Positions 26,011 to 39,139 are shown, numbered from the whole stretch's first letter. The stretch: DNA of 61,988 bases, filler included, from Trypethelium eluteriae (GCA_051942245.1; 3 parts of 3 records of this genome joined end to end with filler, not necessarily neighbours in it); one strand, 5' to 3'. Made by a program: numbers and translations. Notes: a model not told the origin generated them from the letters alone.

Positions 26011-26228
26011 GGTGGATATCGTCGTTGACGCACACAGGCAGTGGATCAACGTTGTTATGTCTGCCACGGCACCAGGTCGAGAGGTCGGCGGGCAGAAAGT
26101 GCGTGGTCGTCGCTTCACGGAAGAACTATTTGGCCGGGACGCGGCGGTATCATGATCCGTGCGTCATCCCGGCGAGCTTCTTGAAGTCTTGTCACCGCAA
26201 CACCTTTGGTTCACGAACCTCTATAGTC

Positions 26229-27657
26229 ATGGCCACAGCTCCTCTCATTACCTTCAAAGCTGGAAAATGCGACTATACTGTAAGTTTCAGTGCGTCTTTG
26301 TATTATGAACACCACACTAAATTGCAACACAGCCCGGTTCGAAAAAGGTAGAACCTGTGCCTGGCCCAGGTTACATCTACCTGTACTCGGAGGATGGTAT
26401 GGACTACAACCGGCTATCTTCTGAAAACAATGCTGATTCTATAGATCTGATGCACTTTTGCTGGCGCCCTCGGTCCGCACTATCTACGGACCCCGAGCTA
26501 GATTTGCTCATGGTCCCTGGCGATGGATCCTTCATACCATACCTAGGTCCGGATGGGGATACAAACTCGGACTGGATTAAATCGCCTACCAGTGGCCGGA
26601 TATATGTCCTTAAATTCTCCTCAAGCTCACAAAGGCACTTCTTCTGGCTTCAGTCAAAATCGCAGGAGCCGTCAGGCAATCCTAGTGCTTTCAGCCAGAG
26701 AGATCAGAAACTTGGACAAATAGTCGATATGCTACTTTCTGGTCAAGAAATCGATGTTGAGGAAGAACTTCAAGATTTAAATCGTCAGGGTGATGGGCAG
26801 GATCGTGATGGCGATGATACTATGGAAGATGTGCATGGCACGAACGGTGATACACAAGGTCCCGGAAGTGGCGGTGCTGGTGCTGGTGCCACGGGCGGTG
26901 ACATAAGAGACGAAGGTGAGGAATCGAGAGAAGGGGGCGCCGACGGGGCTCGAGCGTGAGTGCCTCCCCGTATATCAACGTGGGTTGTCCCGCCCCCCTG
27001 TGCACGAATCGTTGGCCCAGGTTTCAACGCAATTAGGCCGCAAAGCCCCGGACCTCTGAGTGACGACTGACAAATGTTATATCTAGACCTTCGATTAGTG
27101 CACCCAGTAATGACCCTTCCGAAGTCGTGCGGAACTTTTTGAGTTCAATCCCGGGCAGCAACCTCTCCGGTGCAGGTGGGTCTCAGTCGAGACAAAATCA
27201 GCCTATCGTCACTCTTCCAGATCTTTTCCCATCCAATATTACAATATCGATGCTAGAATCGGCGAGTCCCGCCTACATCGACAGATTATGTTCCCTACTC
27301 CCACCTACAATTTTGTTACTAGCTCAAGAAGCTGATGACCCTTCCGATACCGACTCTTCGCCGGCAGCCGCTGAGGCAGCGATCCAGGCATTATCAGTAG
27401 ATCAGAAGAAAGACATACTGAGGCGTGTTTTGAGAAGCCCTCAGCTGATACAAAGCATGGCCAGTCTCACCGTCGCTCTGAGAGATGGAGGGCTACCTAC
27501 TGTAAGCGAAGCTTTGCAACTCAGGGTTGACAATGGTGGTTATATTAGAGGTGGTTCCATGCCTCTTGGTGGGGCTCAGGCCATTGAGGCATTTCTGGAA
27601 GGACTAAAGAAGACGCTTGAAGAAGAGCAGAAGGGTGGAGGTGGTGATGGTCCATAG
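26229..27657 (+). CDS. RPN13: Proteasome ubiquitin receptor Rpn13/ADRM1
   Basis: Pru domain (LITFKAGKC, GYIYLYSED, LMHFCWRPR, GRIYVLKFSSSSQRHFFWLQ) and a C-terminal DEUBAD-like segment VLRSPQLIQSMASL. Several introns. Confidence 0.92.
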
Positions 27658-28099
27658 ATATCATGTGAACGGCTAGACGTACTGGATATAGAATTGACCA
27701 AAGTTCCGACTGACCTCCGAAACTGACCCCCAGTTATCAAGTCCTGTGGGTCCAACGGGTGTCCCACACAAAGTTTCGAAATCCGTACAGGCACACAAAA
27801 GCGTCAAAAAGTATATACATCATGAACGTCTCTCATTTTCCAAAAAACCCATCTCGTTCACGGTCATGTCTACCTGGATGTCCGTGCTCCAGCGATTGGT
27901 GTAGCTCCCATCCCTCGCCATCGGATTGTCTCGAGAGCGTCTTTCTAGGAGGAAACGGCATCTCGCCCCAGTTCGACTAAGCGGATCTTATACGTCGGCA
28001 AATGCCCATGCACCCTCGCAAAAACTTCATATGCGCCTCGCAAACCGCTGTCTATCTGCATTTCAATTGAATTTCTTCTCTTCCAACTTCTTTATCAAG

Positions 28100-28989
28100 T
28101 CAGTCCCGTACGAGGTGATGAGCCATGTCTAGCCCTTTGCGGCGGAAGCCCGCTTGGGCATGAAAGGCTTCATTGGCTTCCGAAGAAGCAACAATAGTCT
28201 AACACTGAAATTAGCTCCCTCTGCGTAGAAGCGAGTGAACAGGATCGCAGACTTACCTTGTAGCATCCAACGGTTTTTGCCAGGAAATCCAGAGCTGTCA
28301 ACATCCTAAACCCCAGGTTCTTGCCATGCTGGTTCTTTGCAACCGCTATATCCTGGACATGCCCAACGGAGCCCATGCCATGCAAACTATCAACCGTTTC
28401 ATATCAGTCCGAACTCCACTAAGGCAGTATCAAGCAGCATCAGCACTCACAACTTCCTCTCCACCATCAGCGTCCCCGTACACACTACCGTGTTCTGGTC
28501 GTCCACGACGCACAGCACATAGTACGTATCCTTCATTCGCCTCAACCACTCCACCCGCTCATTCCACTTCGCCTCGCTCACATGCCCCACGCTGCTCAAA
28601 CAGCTCTGCACCATGAGAAACCCGCGATCATAATCCGCCCGCTCTAGTGGTCGCAGCCGATACCCCTCCGGCAGCTTCGCCTCGACCTCAACAGACACCA
28701 GCTCCGGGTCGAACAGCGGCTCATTGGGATCTGACAGCGTCTCGACAGTGCCAAGCGCCGGTGTTGAAGGTGGGATGTTGGTGGTTCCCTTGGAGAGATC
28801 GAGATTCGGCGCGCCGAAAAGGGCAGCGACCTTAGAGTCGTCGATGCGTTTGGCATTAGGGTCGGGCTCCTTGTACTCGAAGAGTCGGCCGAAGCTGGGG
28901 TTTGTGATGGCCCGGACGATCTTGGATGGTTTTCTGGCGTGGTTCGGGCGGTCAGAGATGGGAGGAAGGGCAGAGATGGTTGAGTCCAT
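28100..28989 (-). CDS. Glucosamine-6-phosphate N-acetyltransferase-like GNAT protein, divergent
   Basis: LPEGYRLRPLERADYDRGF, GTLMVERK, HGMGSVGHVQDIAV and VGCYK. Last exon TIVASSEANEAFHAQAGFRRKGLDMAHH. Two introns. Confidence 0.85.
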
Positions 28990-30100
28990 TTCAAAGATTG
29001 TGGGAGAAGCAAATTGCGTATGATCGGAAGTTGTGTGTCTTTCAGGGAGAGAAGAGATCGTAAAATGGGAAATGAAAAGGATCGGCCTTTAAGGAATGAA
29101 GATCTAGCTTACCTCTCCATAATTTTATACCTTCAAGCATTTACTATGTAAGAGTCTACTAAGGACTTGTCCAGAGTATCGCATTTCAAATGCATGTCTG
29201 TCTTCAGGAGCGGCACGCGATTTATATCGGCCCCCCTCCCTCCGGCCGGACAACGAACGATCTGGCTTCATGCCATGGACTACCTACGTACGGCATCATA
29301 AAATTGGTGTGAAGACGCCAAAAGCTTGGGAGTGAGTCCCAAGGGTCATCTACAGAACACTTCTGGCGCATTTGTAAGATGCTGTTTCCAGCTTGACATG
29401 CATGACCGGCGTCACTGTCAGCGCCAGCGTCAAGAGGCAGCCAGAGGCTTGTAGAAATAAGATAAGGTAGGAGCCCTATTATCCGAGATTTAGTGGTCTG
29501 TGCGCACGAACAACTTCGACAGCCTCAAATTTCTTGAAGCCTCAACCGCGCCGACGTACTTCCTGTACAATCTGGAAATGTTGTGCAGCCTACACCCCCA
29601 GAAGCTAATGCTAATACTCATTAGGAGATATAAGTATTATGAGCCTGCGTCTGATATCCTCTGCTTCCTTCAAGGGAGATACCCAAGCCTGATGAAACAA
29701 TCTAGTCAGGGATTGGCGGCGAATCAAAACCTCAAACAATCTCAGGACTCGAGAGCGTTCCCTCGTCCAGTAGAGATCAATAACTTTTTGTATGAGGGCA
29801 TGTTAATGCACATCGTAGACACCTGAGGCGGCGACTCGCTATGCATCTGACTTATCGAGAAGGTGGCTGCCTCTCGAAAGGCAATTTGCTGTAGAACCGT
29901 ACCTGGATCCAATGGTCGGGCTTCCAGCTACCCCAGCCCTGTCCCCTCGGCTTCTCTGATATTAGTATGCCGGTATTGAGGCATAGAGATTTATCGTTCG
30001 TGAGTTTAGACAGCTTTGATTCTTTCGCAACTCCGGTTCTCTGTTTACCTCAAATATCGGTTGTTCTCTACGAGCCTTCCAGCACACCAATCGAATATTC

Positions 30101-30751
30101 ATGGGATCGACACCAGTCTTCCTCACTATAACGAGTCCTACAAATCAAACTCCAACCACCCTCACTGAGACAGCTTCGTGGATAACTTTAGGCGCGATCG
30201 TGACCGTGACCTTTGCGCAGGTTTCACCTGCGCCTACACTATCTTATCAAGTACTAGATGATGGGTCACTGGAATTGCTCGCGCCCGGAGCCATAACAAG
30301 CACAGCAGCGAACTCCCAGTTTACGGCACCAACAAGTCTTGGACCTACTACGACTACTCTCATTCCGCCCAGTGTCACCTCTTCTACTGTTCCGTCCACT
30401 GTTACATCTTCACCTATCCAGTCCACCGCACTATCAAACGCCGGCCTTTCATCGGGCGCAAAGGCAGCAGTTGGTGTGGGTGTCGTTTTTGGCGTAATAG
30501 GTATTTCTGCACTACTTGGTGTCATTCATCTCCTACGGCGGCGTAAACAAGAAAGTACCATGAACAACAAGGAGAACAGAAATAATGTGGATCATCAGTG
30601 GGGTAAATTTGAGCTTCCGAGTACGGAGAGGCAAATGGCTGAGTTGCCTGACACTCATGGAAGAGTCGAGATAGAGGCAGCCCCTGCTGAGCTAGCCCAT
30701 GCTGAATTAGCGGCAGAAGAGAGACCTTTAGAAATGGATGGGAGGGACTGA
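30101..30751 (+). CDS. Ser/Thr-rich single-pass membrane protein (Mid2/SKG6-like), true start uncertain
   Basis: S/T-rich stalk, GLSSGAKAAVGVGV transmembrane segment, RRRK stop-transfer signal, and repeated xEL motifs in the tail. Confidence 0.7.
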   Translation: MGSTPVFLTITSPTNQTPTTLTETASWITLGAIVTVTFAQVSPAPTLSYQVLDDGSLELLAPGAITSTAANSQFTAPTSLGPTTTTLIPPSVTSSTVPSTVTSSPIQSTALSNAGLSSGAKAAVGVGVVFGVIGISALLGVIHLLRRRKQESTMNNKENRNNVDHQWGKFELPSTERQMAELPDTHGRVEIEAAPAELAHAELAAEERPLEMDGRD

Positions 30752-30996
30752 AAATAGGTGGCTCACTGAGTACCTATCTCTGGTGCCGGTCTTGATTATT
30801 CAAAGGTGCATTCTTGGTATAAGTACTGGCAACACGATACTCCAGAGTTTTGAACTATGCGCTACAGGAGCTCCAACTGAAGGGTTTCTTACGCTGATCT
30901 CGGCCCTTCAAGTGCTACAACCTTCGGGGAACTTTTCAAGTACTTGGTCACATATTCATCACTACATCAGTATTTCAAGGCCAACCAGTTGACATA

Positions 30997-33338
30997 TCAT
31001 CCGAGGCCCAGCCCCTTTACACTATCGTCCTCTCTCAATGCATCCCGAATTTCTTCCTCTCCTACCCCCAATCTGACCCTGCCCACTCGTTCACCTCTTC
31101 GATTTTCTATCCCCAGAATCCCTGCTTCTGCCAGCTCGACCGCAGCTCCTCCTAGTCCCCACAGCCTTGCTGCCTTTGTAGTGATCTCCCTTTTCATCGG
31201 CAACCTTCCTCTCTTCCCGGGCGTGCCCAACAGTCCAGCACCCGGACCAGCTCCATCATCGCCGTTTCCCATGCAATCCTCATTCGTTCCGGGCGCAAGC
31301 ATAAAATCATGGATCGGCTGCAGATCGACGGCCATTATTCCCATCCTTCTTGCTTCGTCGAGGACATCGCCGAGTACTGCTTCGCCAATGCCGGTACGCC
31401 GTATTCGAGCCAGAAGCGCCGCGAGAAAGAGCTTGGCGGAGAGAGGGAGTGCACGAAGGGCTGCGTGGAGAGGTGAGGACGTGGCTTCCACGATCGCGCG
31501 TTTGATCGTTGCGATAGTGACAACTGGCGGACTCGGCTTTGGCCTTCTATCCTCAGTCTGTTTGTCGTTGCGGCCAGGAGTCTTGCTTGGAGTGTTTGGC
31601 ATGGGGATTTCTTGGAGATGTTTGTCTGTGCTTGCTGCTCCGTCTGATTCTGCTAACTCCACTGCTCGCCGGCATATGTCTAATGCGCGTCGAGCGTCTC
31701 CTGAGACGGCCGCCACTTTTCGAGATGCGAACTGGATAGCATCCGGATGGACAATCGTTGAGCCCGGTACGTTAGCTAACCGAGACTCGATAATATTGAT
31801 CAATTGGGTGTGCGTGTAGCCTGGAAACGTGATTCGACGAAGGCCTAGACGACTACTGATCTTATTGCTCAGCGTTCGCTCAGGCAGGTCCATAGTGTTT
31901 GCAACCGCGAGCACTATCAGACGAGAGTGACGAAGGCCAGGCCAATTGAAGAAGTTGTACATGACCGACTGTGAACGAGTAACAAGTTGGTCCAATTCAT
32001 CCATGAGGACTACACATGGAACACGACGCGGACTAGGAGCAGAGAATTCTTGCTCGAGGAGCGTAAGGGCGTGAGACGGGCTCACACGATCTCCACGCAA
32101 AGCTTCCCATAAGAGGGAATATGCTTGGTGCGGATCAGTGACCTTCATCCCGTTGATTTCGACGAAGATGAAATCGTCGAGCTCTTCTGCTTGCACGGAA
32201 GCATTGAGCTGGGCTATGGCTTCACGGACCGTGGCTGTCTTGCCTGTCCCTGGCGTTCCTGATATATATATGCAGGAGCCGGTGCCATCAGTGATTGCAG
32301 CTTCAAGCTGAGTATATACATTGGCAAATTCCTCCTCTCGACATGGTAAGCTGGTAGGGACAGACGAGACGTGAAGCTGGGTTCGCGCAACCTGATAAGG
32401 TGAAGATTGTGTGTGTTGGGGAGATAAGATGCGAGTTCCAAGCGGAGTAAATTCGAGAGGCTTCTTTATTGCGATGCGTTTGTGTGTAGGAGTTGTGAGC
32501 TTGTTCGGCGTCCGGTTCTTGTTCCGCGAGCTAGGAGTGCCTGCACTATCTAGTCTTCTTCTTTTCTTTGGAGTCCTGGGCAAGCCATCCTCGTCACCCT
32601 CTTTATCATTGACCACAAAGTCTTCCGAATCAGCCTTCTCTTGCTTCGACTTCTTTCTCGAGGCCTTTGTTTGACACTGTATTCGTTCTATGAGGCCCTG
32701 AAGATCTTCTACGCCATTATAAGCCTCACTCCAGTCAAGTTCTTCAGTATATGTTGCCGTCCTAGTGTTACAGCCTCTTCTACAGAAAAAGACCTTGTCA
32801 TGGTCGCGAGAATTCCTGGATATCTTGCCGCTGGGATACTTCTTCATGAATGTCTCGTATGGCAGGACAGTCGCTTTGCCATTGATTGTAGTCAAAGAAT
32901 TGTCATCCCAGGCAGGGGTAATGTAAAGCTCGTTCTGAAAGTCTCAGCGCTTGCCAGTGATTAGGGATAGTACGAACATACCTCAAGGCAATCAGTTCTT
33001 TTCTTTTTATTGATGATCTCCTTTTCGGTGGAGAACCACATAAAGTTGGCCATTTTCTCTCTTTCCTCATCTTCTTCGTCCTCGAAGAAGTAGCAAATTA
33101 TGCCAACCCATACAGCATTCCCTTCTGCCTTGAGCATGACAATATCCCCTCTTTTGCATTCAAAGCTACCCATACGTGCCCCAACAATGATCTGTCTGCT
33201 CTTCGGACCTTCTTCGTAAATCCATTCCCATGGATGATCCTCGAGTCCTAACTCATCATCTGAGTCTTCTCGGAAAATTGCGCCGGATAGGTACCTGCGA
33301 GCAGTTTCCGTCGTTGTCCTTTTCCGCTTCACAGCCAT
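30997..33338 (-). CDS. ORC1: Origin recognition complex subunit 1
   Basis: BAH domain (DDELGLEDHPWEWIY, FFCRRGCNTRT). AAA+ Walker A ISGTPGTGKT and Walker B VLMDELD, plus VSGDARRALDICRRA. Intron 32981-32935. Confidence 0.96.
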
Positions 33339-33409
33339 TGTGATAGTATTTGGAACGGCGAGTTTCTCCGTTTACGTACGTTGGTAAATATGGGTCGTCA
33401 TGGTGGTGG

Positions 33410-33444
33410 ACGCGCGCGAACGCGAAGCTGCGCGTTAACGCGTT
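33410..33444. promoter_or_regulatory. Cluster of MCB-like (ACGCG/ACGCGT) cell-cycle boxes upstream of ORC1
   Basis: ACGCGCGCGAACGCGAAGCTGCGCGTTAACGCGTT lies 70-105 bp upstream of the ORC1 ATG, with a perfect ACGCGT at 33438-33443. Confidence 0.75.
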
Positions 33445-34644
33445 CCTATTAACGGGTTCCTGGCCAACCGGGTGTAAGCAGTTACGTCATCTCGAACTCC
33501 CACACCTTCTACCTAAATACGACCGCATACCTTGTAATTAGGAACGCACCCAACATTTCACACGCCTTAGAAAGGTCCCCCGTACCTCACAGGGGTATGA
33601 ATATCATACTTGACTCGAGGGTTCTCAGGAGCCATGCCAACGATCAGTCCCTGTTACATTTGTATCCATGTAGGGAGAGACTAGCGAGATATCATTCTGG
33701 ACCCGCCGAGCTTTCGTCAAGACCTGAGAAGCCAACTTAAGCGTCTTCTAGTCCTTTCCCACTCTTTTCGGGTCTCTGACAATGAGGCGATTTGTATTGG
33801 CTGACTTTATACCGAATTTCCTACGATCGCAATTGGGTATCAGTCTACTATATTTGAATCAATTATCTCTAGCTCCGAAACTAGCAAGGCTTTCTATGGG
33901 AGGAGGTAGAAGTTGGGGCGGGAGCGCCAATATATTTACGGTTACATGCCTGAAAGCAAACTCCAACACCTTATGTCAGTGTACCTTAGATTTGTCAATG
34001 ACCAGTTTATTTATGGAAGCTGCAACCTCAACCGCAACGGTGTTGCTGAAAGCGTCGTGAAACACATACCTAGCTATGAGAGTGAGAAGCACACGAGTTG
34101 GGCAGGTGCCTGGCATGGCGACAGTGAGCTTGCATCCTCACCACACATCATGAGTCCCTCAAGCGCGCCTTTTTTAGTGGATCTATCCACGCTGCCACAG
34201 CGATCCCAGAGAACTTGAACGCTGATTCCACTGACGGCCTTTCATTCAACGGTCGTTATCCTCCCTTCATCCTCCCTCTTGAGCGCGTGAACACGCAAAC
34301 AATTCCAACGACATCTGCTACTTCAATTAAGCCATATCCATTCATCGTTGCCAATCTCGATTCGACAACTAAATCACTACTCCGCTGTAGACCCGATATC
34401 TTGGTGAAAATGGAAGAGTAAGTTCTCTCTGTGCCCCATTACAGTCATATTTTGGCTAATACTTAACTTATCGAAGCTGGGGGGCCTTCGGTTCTGCAAG
34501 TAATACAGATTTTCCATCAGATTTGCAATTTGCTTCACTAACTCTTTTCCAGTCTGGAAGGATCGAAAGGGTAAACGTCCATCCGATAAAAATCCTTGGC
34601 GAAACGTTTCGCTGTCTGCATCTGTCGCTGCCAGCACACAAGGT

Positions 34645-37029
34645 ATGCCCCAGCAGTACTTTGATTGTAGCTACGATATTCACAATGCAATAGGACGTAA
34701 CTCCTCCGAAATCACACACCAAACTTCCGAACCACGAAAAATCAATTCTGATCCTAAGTCCCCGGAAACTATACAGGAAGCCAGGACTCACGGGCGTCAT
34801 GTTCGCTCTGAGGACTCCAACGTTGACTCTCAAAGAATATCTATGCTCTCGCTACCTAATCAAGCGCGATACAAGCGTCCACCACGACCGCTCTTCACTG
34901 AACGCGACAACGCAGCTAGGTTAGCATGGCGTCAAAAGGCTCAGGAGACAGGCAAATTGGTCATTAACCGAATTTTCATTGAAATGGAAAACCAGGACCC
35001 GCATCAAGCACTCAAAACTGCATCATTTCCAAAGCTGGAGCAGTTGGCTAATGAAACTGGGACGCACATCCAAGTTAAGCGATCCGAAAAGTCTGGGAAC
35101 AATGTCGTTTTGCTTTTCTGGGGTCAGAAGCAACAGGTCGATGCTGCAAAAGCCATAGCCAATAAATGGGTCTCGGAGCTGGGTGGGGAGAGTGTGAAAG
35201 CAAAGGCATGGGCGAAACTTTGGTCTCTCACACCGGACCTTAAGCAGAGACTGGAGAAAAAGCTCGTAGATGACGAGCAACGCCAAGCATTTAGACAGAC
35301 CCCAGAGACTGGCATCACATTCCCTGCTATCGTAAGTTCGATTTCTGATGGATTTGCTTAGCAATGCTAACACTATTTAGGGTAATGTTCTATGGCCAGC
35401 TGACGAGTACCATCCAGTGGAGGTCCTAGGCAAGAGCTATGAGGCTCTCGATCCAATTCGTATGGATTGCCGGTGCTACATCGTCTGGGATGACGACGCT
35501 TTCAAACTCATGGGACGTGACAAGGAAATGGTGAGGACAGCCGCGATTCGTGTTCGTGGAGCCTTGTTCCATGTTGTTGCACGTCAGATGGATGTGAGGA
35601 GTATCTACATTCTCCAGCTTCCTATAGAACATGGTGGTCTCTTGAACATACGACCGTGGAAATATTATGCCCCTGACCAGCTAAGACGCGGTGTGGATCC
35701 GGACAAGGCGCAGACTCTAGTACGAGCTGACATGAACCGCTCCGGGAGTCTGCCGGAAGCCGATATTCTCCTGGATTCCACGCTCAGGTCCAGGCTAAAC
35801 GCCATCAAGATAAGAGATACGACAATTGAGCTATTGGAAGGACTGCGTTACTACAAGGGCAACGTGAAGATGGAGTTCCGCCTAGGCAATTTCATGCTCC
35901 TGCGCTACAGGCACCCCTCGGCTGATGGCTGGCAATTTGAGGACTTTGAAAACATGCTGAGCCAACAACAGTTCAAGGGGGCTGTTAGTCAAGTGTGAGT
36001 TCATTCGTCTTCCTTCTGACCCTTGATTTCGCGAGTTTTGAGAGCGCATTTCTTTCCTTTTCGCTACGGGCTCTCCGGACCTACGATGAATGATTTTTTT
36101 GTGAGGCGGTTGCTAATAATTCTAGACTTGGAGATGAAGAGCTCGAAGAGATGCTCCTGAAACGAATAATGCAAGCCGATCATCTGCTCGAACCGTCATC
36201 GACCGGCACTGCTACCCTTGAGGATGAGAGACCGACGTACAGTGCTAAAATCAACATACACAACCCTAATGGTACGGGCAATTACCTTTATGAGCTTGTC
36301 TTTGAAGATAGCGGCCGTATGTTTCAGTGTACCTCCCAAAATTGGAGCAAGCTCGACCCCGATTGCAGCAGTCCGACCAAATTACTTGATGTTCCCTTAA
36401 TAGACCTCCAGAAGGGTTCTGCATGGGCCCTCGAAGCCAGCGCTACCCAGGTCGTGTCCGACGAGTCGCAAGTCCCTTCAATCTTACTGAGCTTTGCCGA
36501 ACGGCTTGCAGTCGATCCCAGGCGAGCACGAGATCATGCTAACCCCACACGTTTCCTCTGGTTTCCCGAAGGTCTCCCCGTCAACTACTGTGATCAGAAG
36601 GTGTCCTGGACATTCAAACTCATTGGTAGCATGTATCATGTAGAGGTCGCGAGGCACCAGCACATCGATCTGAAGAAAGCAGATGCAGTGATCGGAAGGG
36701 GAATGGGACCTTTGGGTATGATGGAAAAGCCGCGCTGGAGCGTTACTGTGTATCATGAGGGGTGGGGCGCGTCTCTAGCGACTCATGCAAATCTCAAAGT
36801 TGGAGAGTGCACGACTTACCCGATCGAGGCGACGAAGTGGTTCCCGGAGGACCACAACCCTGGCCATGCGAGCAACACTCACGAGGATCAAGAAGGTTGT
36901 GTAAGCTTGATGGAGAAGCTTATCAAGCTTGAGCGCGTTATAAGAGAGAAGATTGAAGCGAATGGGAGATCAAACACAGCCGAATACTTTGAACCGGAGA
37001 TTAACGGCCATCAGGATTCACTCTTGTAG
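34645..37029 (+). CDS. Fungal hypothetical protein with a KH-like N-terminal segment; start probably further upstream
   Basis: Three long ORFs joined by GT-AG introns near 35332-35380 and 35995-36125. Segments include LEQLANETGTHIQV, LFWGQKQQVDAAK, LGKSYEALDPIRMDCRCYI and MEFRLGNF. Confidence 0.7.
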
Positions 37030-37453
37030 ATGGGGAAAAGCTGCTTGTACCTGCGTTTCGCGCATGTAGAGCAGACTTGCTTCCAATAGCTCCGACAACG
37101 ATGGAAATAAGCAGATGGCAACTCTATAGTGCCAATGGAGAGAGACAACGACATATTCGACCCATTTGTGATGTAAGGGTGCCAATAGCTTTTTTGCCCT
37201 CGGTATCTAGATAGATTTCATAGTCACAAATCCAAGCCGCTACAATTTCGTCCTTTACCGCCTGCTTTATTCTCTGATACTCGAGTTTTCTCGTATGTAC
37301 TAGGGCCGGTGTTTGTCGTGTAGCTTCTTTATATTTTTTCCCGGCGCGAACTTCCTTATCGAGAGGCTGCCGCATAAAAGAGGATCTATTCCTAACACGA
37401 GGACTTTGCCTCGTCATTATTGATCGTGTAACATTTGTTCTTGCACCCGCCTA

Positions 37454-38036
37454 TCAAGCCGCCGCAGCCTGTGTACTACCTTCACCTCCTTGTCCAGAGA
37501 GCACCTTTTGTCTGATTACATCCTCAACCATGCTTACACTCCGTCCCTTGCTCTGCACCGCTTTTTCTAGATCCTTAAGATTCTTCTCTAGGTCATCTAC
37601 CTTCTCGTTGTAGAATGTGGTCGCATCCTCAGGACTTTTTTCCAAAAAAAATCCAGTTCCAACATCTACGAGGACAGAACGTACAGATGACAGCGTAGCG
37701 GGAACGTAGAGAGAGGGCGTGAGTGGGATAAGTAAGTTTTGAGCTTTGGATTCCGTGTCGTTGGTGACGTGAAGCTTCTGCGGCCCATTTGGGAAAGTGC
37801 GCTGTATGTTGCTGAGGCAGTCGCGAAATTTGTTCTGAGCTGCGCGTAGATTTTGGTATGAAGTGGTGAGATGGGTGAGTTCGTCGTCAAGTTGTTTTTT
37901 TACTTGAGAGAGTTGCGGGGTTGAGAGGGTGCTGAGGTCGACTGGAAATTGATCAGCTTCTGCACTAAACCGCGCCAGTAGCATGGAAAAATGCTTGAGT
38001 ACCTGATTGACCTTGGGGACTTGTTGTAGCTGTCAT
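37454..38036 (-). CDS. GIM5: Prefoldin alpha subunit 5
   Basis: VDLSTLSTPQLSQVKKQLDDELTHLTTSY, LLIPLTPSLYVP and VLVDVGTGFFLEK. Intron 38002-37942 follows MTATTSPQGQS. Confidence 0.92.
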
Positions 38037-38306
38037 TCCGGCTACCACAGATGGAATTGGAGATGTTTGCTCTGCCCGCAGGAGATGATCGACGTCACAG
38101 AAACAGACCGGGAAGCTTTGATATCACGTGCATGATGATCGACACGTGCCCGGGACCCTGGCCGTTAGGCCGTTGATGAAAGTTAAGTCAACGCCGTGGG
38201 GTGGGATGAATTAGGTGCGGAAATAAACTACACCGTATTCCGTAGATGGTAGTTTAACAGCCGGAAAAGCAACTCCGAGTAGCTCCGCTAGTATGCGATG
38301 AATGCC

Positions 38307-38992
38307 TGACTCACCTCTAGCATCCAACACTGATGCCTGCGATTGATCTATAGGAAAAAGCGCCCCTCGCATTCAATCTTCCGGGGCCGCGTTATGCATG
38401 CAGTGCATTCGTCAAGATCTCAACGAACGGCTGCGGAATACGTCCGTAAATGGGAGTACGGCTTCGTGTTGCCCCTTACCGTACCGGCTGAATAGACGAG
38501 ATTGGAGAGAGATTTATCGCTGCCTGCAGCTTGGCCGCCTTTGTGATTGGACTCGTGGCTGCATTAGCTGGGCAAGGCGCAATGCGTTGCTTACTGAGCG
38601 GGTTTTTGGAGTCTGCCTAGCGAGGCGGTGTTCACAGGATCGCTGACCCTGGCCGGTCCACGACGACAGGCCACGCAATAGTCGCAATCGCTGTGTCTGT
38701 GAATTTGCTTCAAGAAGTCATGCTGGGAATTATAGTCATGAGGAGCGGTCTTTGTGGTTGTCGTGAGTATTTGGGATGATCGCAAGCTACAGATCTCGTC
38801 GCAATTCACTGTCCGTGGCGGTGGGGGAAAAAATCATCTCACGATCCCGGCCGGTTTCAAGGTTGACCGACGAGGACGAGTGCTGGGCAAGCAGAGGGCG
38901 GCACGCTAAACCGCCTTGAGTCTGATGCATTCATCGGCGATTGGTCAGACGCAGCCAGGATTCACGGCTGGTCAGGGTTTTGCAGTGACTCA
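38307..38992. promoter_or_regulatory. Gcn4/CPC-1 response elements (TGACTCA) in the cpc-1 promoter
   Basis: Perfect TGACTCA at 38307-38313 and 38986-38992, and a near-match TGAGTCT at 38917. Confidence 0.7.
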
Positions 38993-39139
38993 CACTCACG
39001 ATAGCGCGGGGATAGGGCGCACCCACACTCCCACACTTCCATTAATAAGGCACCAAACCCCCATCTCTGCCTGGCTCTTCTCTTCCTCCCAACCACCCAC
39101 ATTGTATCCATACAGTAATCAAAAGAGACAACCACAGGC

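Noticed and set aside
30944..31819. 291-aa ORF antisense to ORC1
   Set aside because: Antisense shadow of a conserved gene, with a non-ATG start and no motifs.
38916..39139. 5' part of the 507-aa ORF call, with TTG start and ATG at 38925
   Set aside because: It overlaps promoter elements (CCAAT, TGACTCA, TATA-like ATTAATAA) and probably lies upstream of the transcription start.
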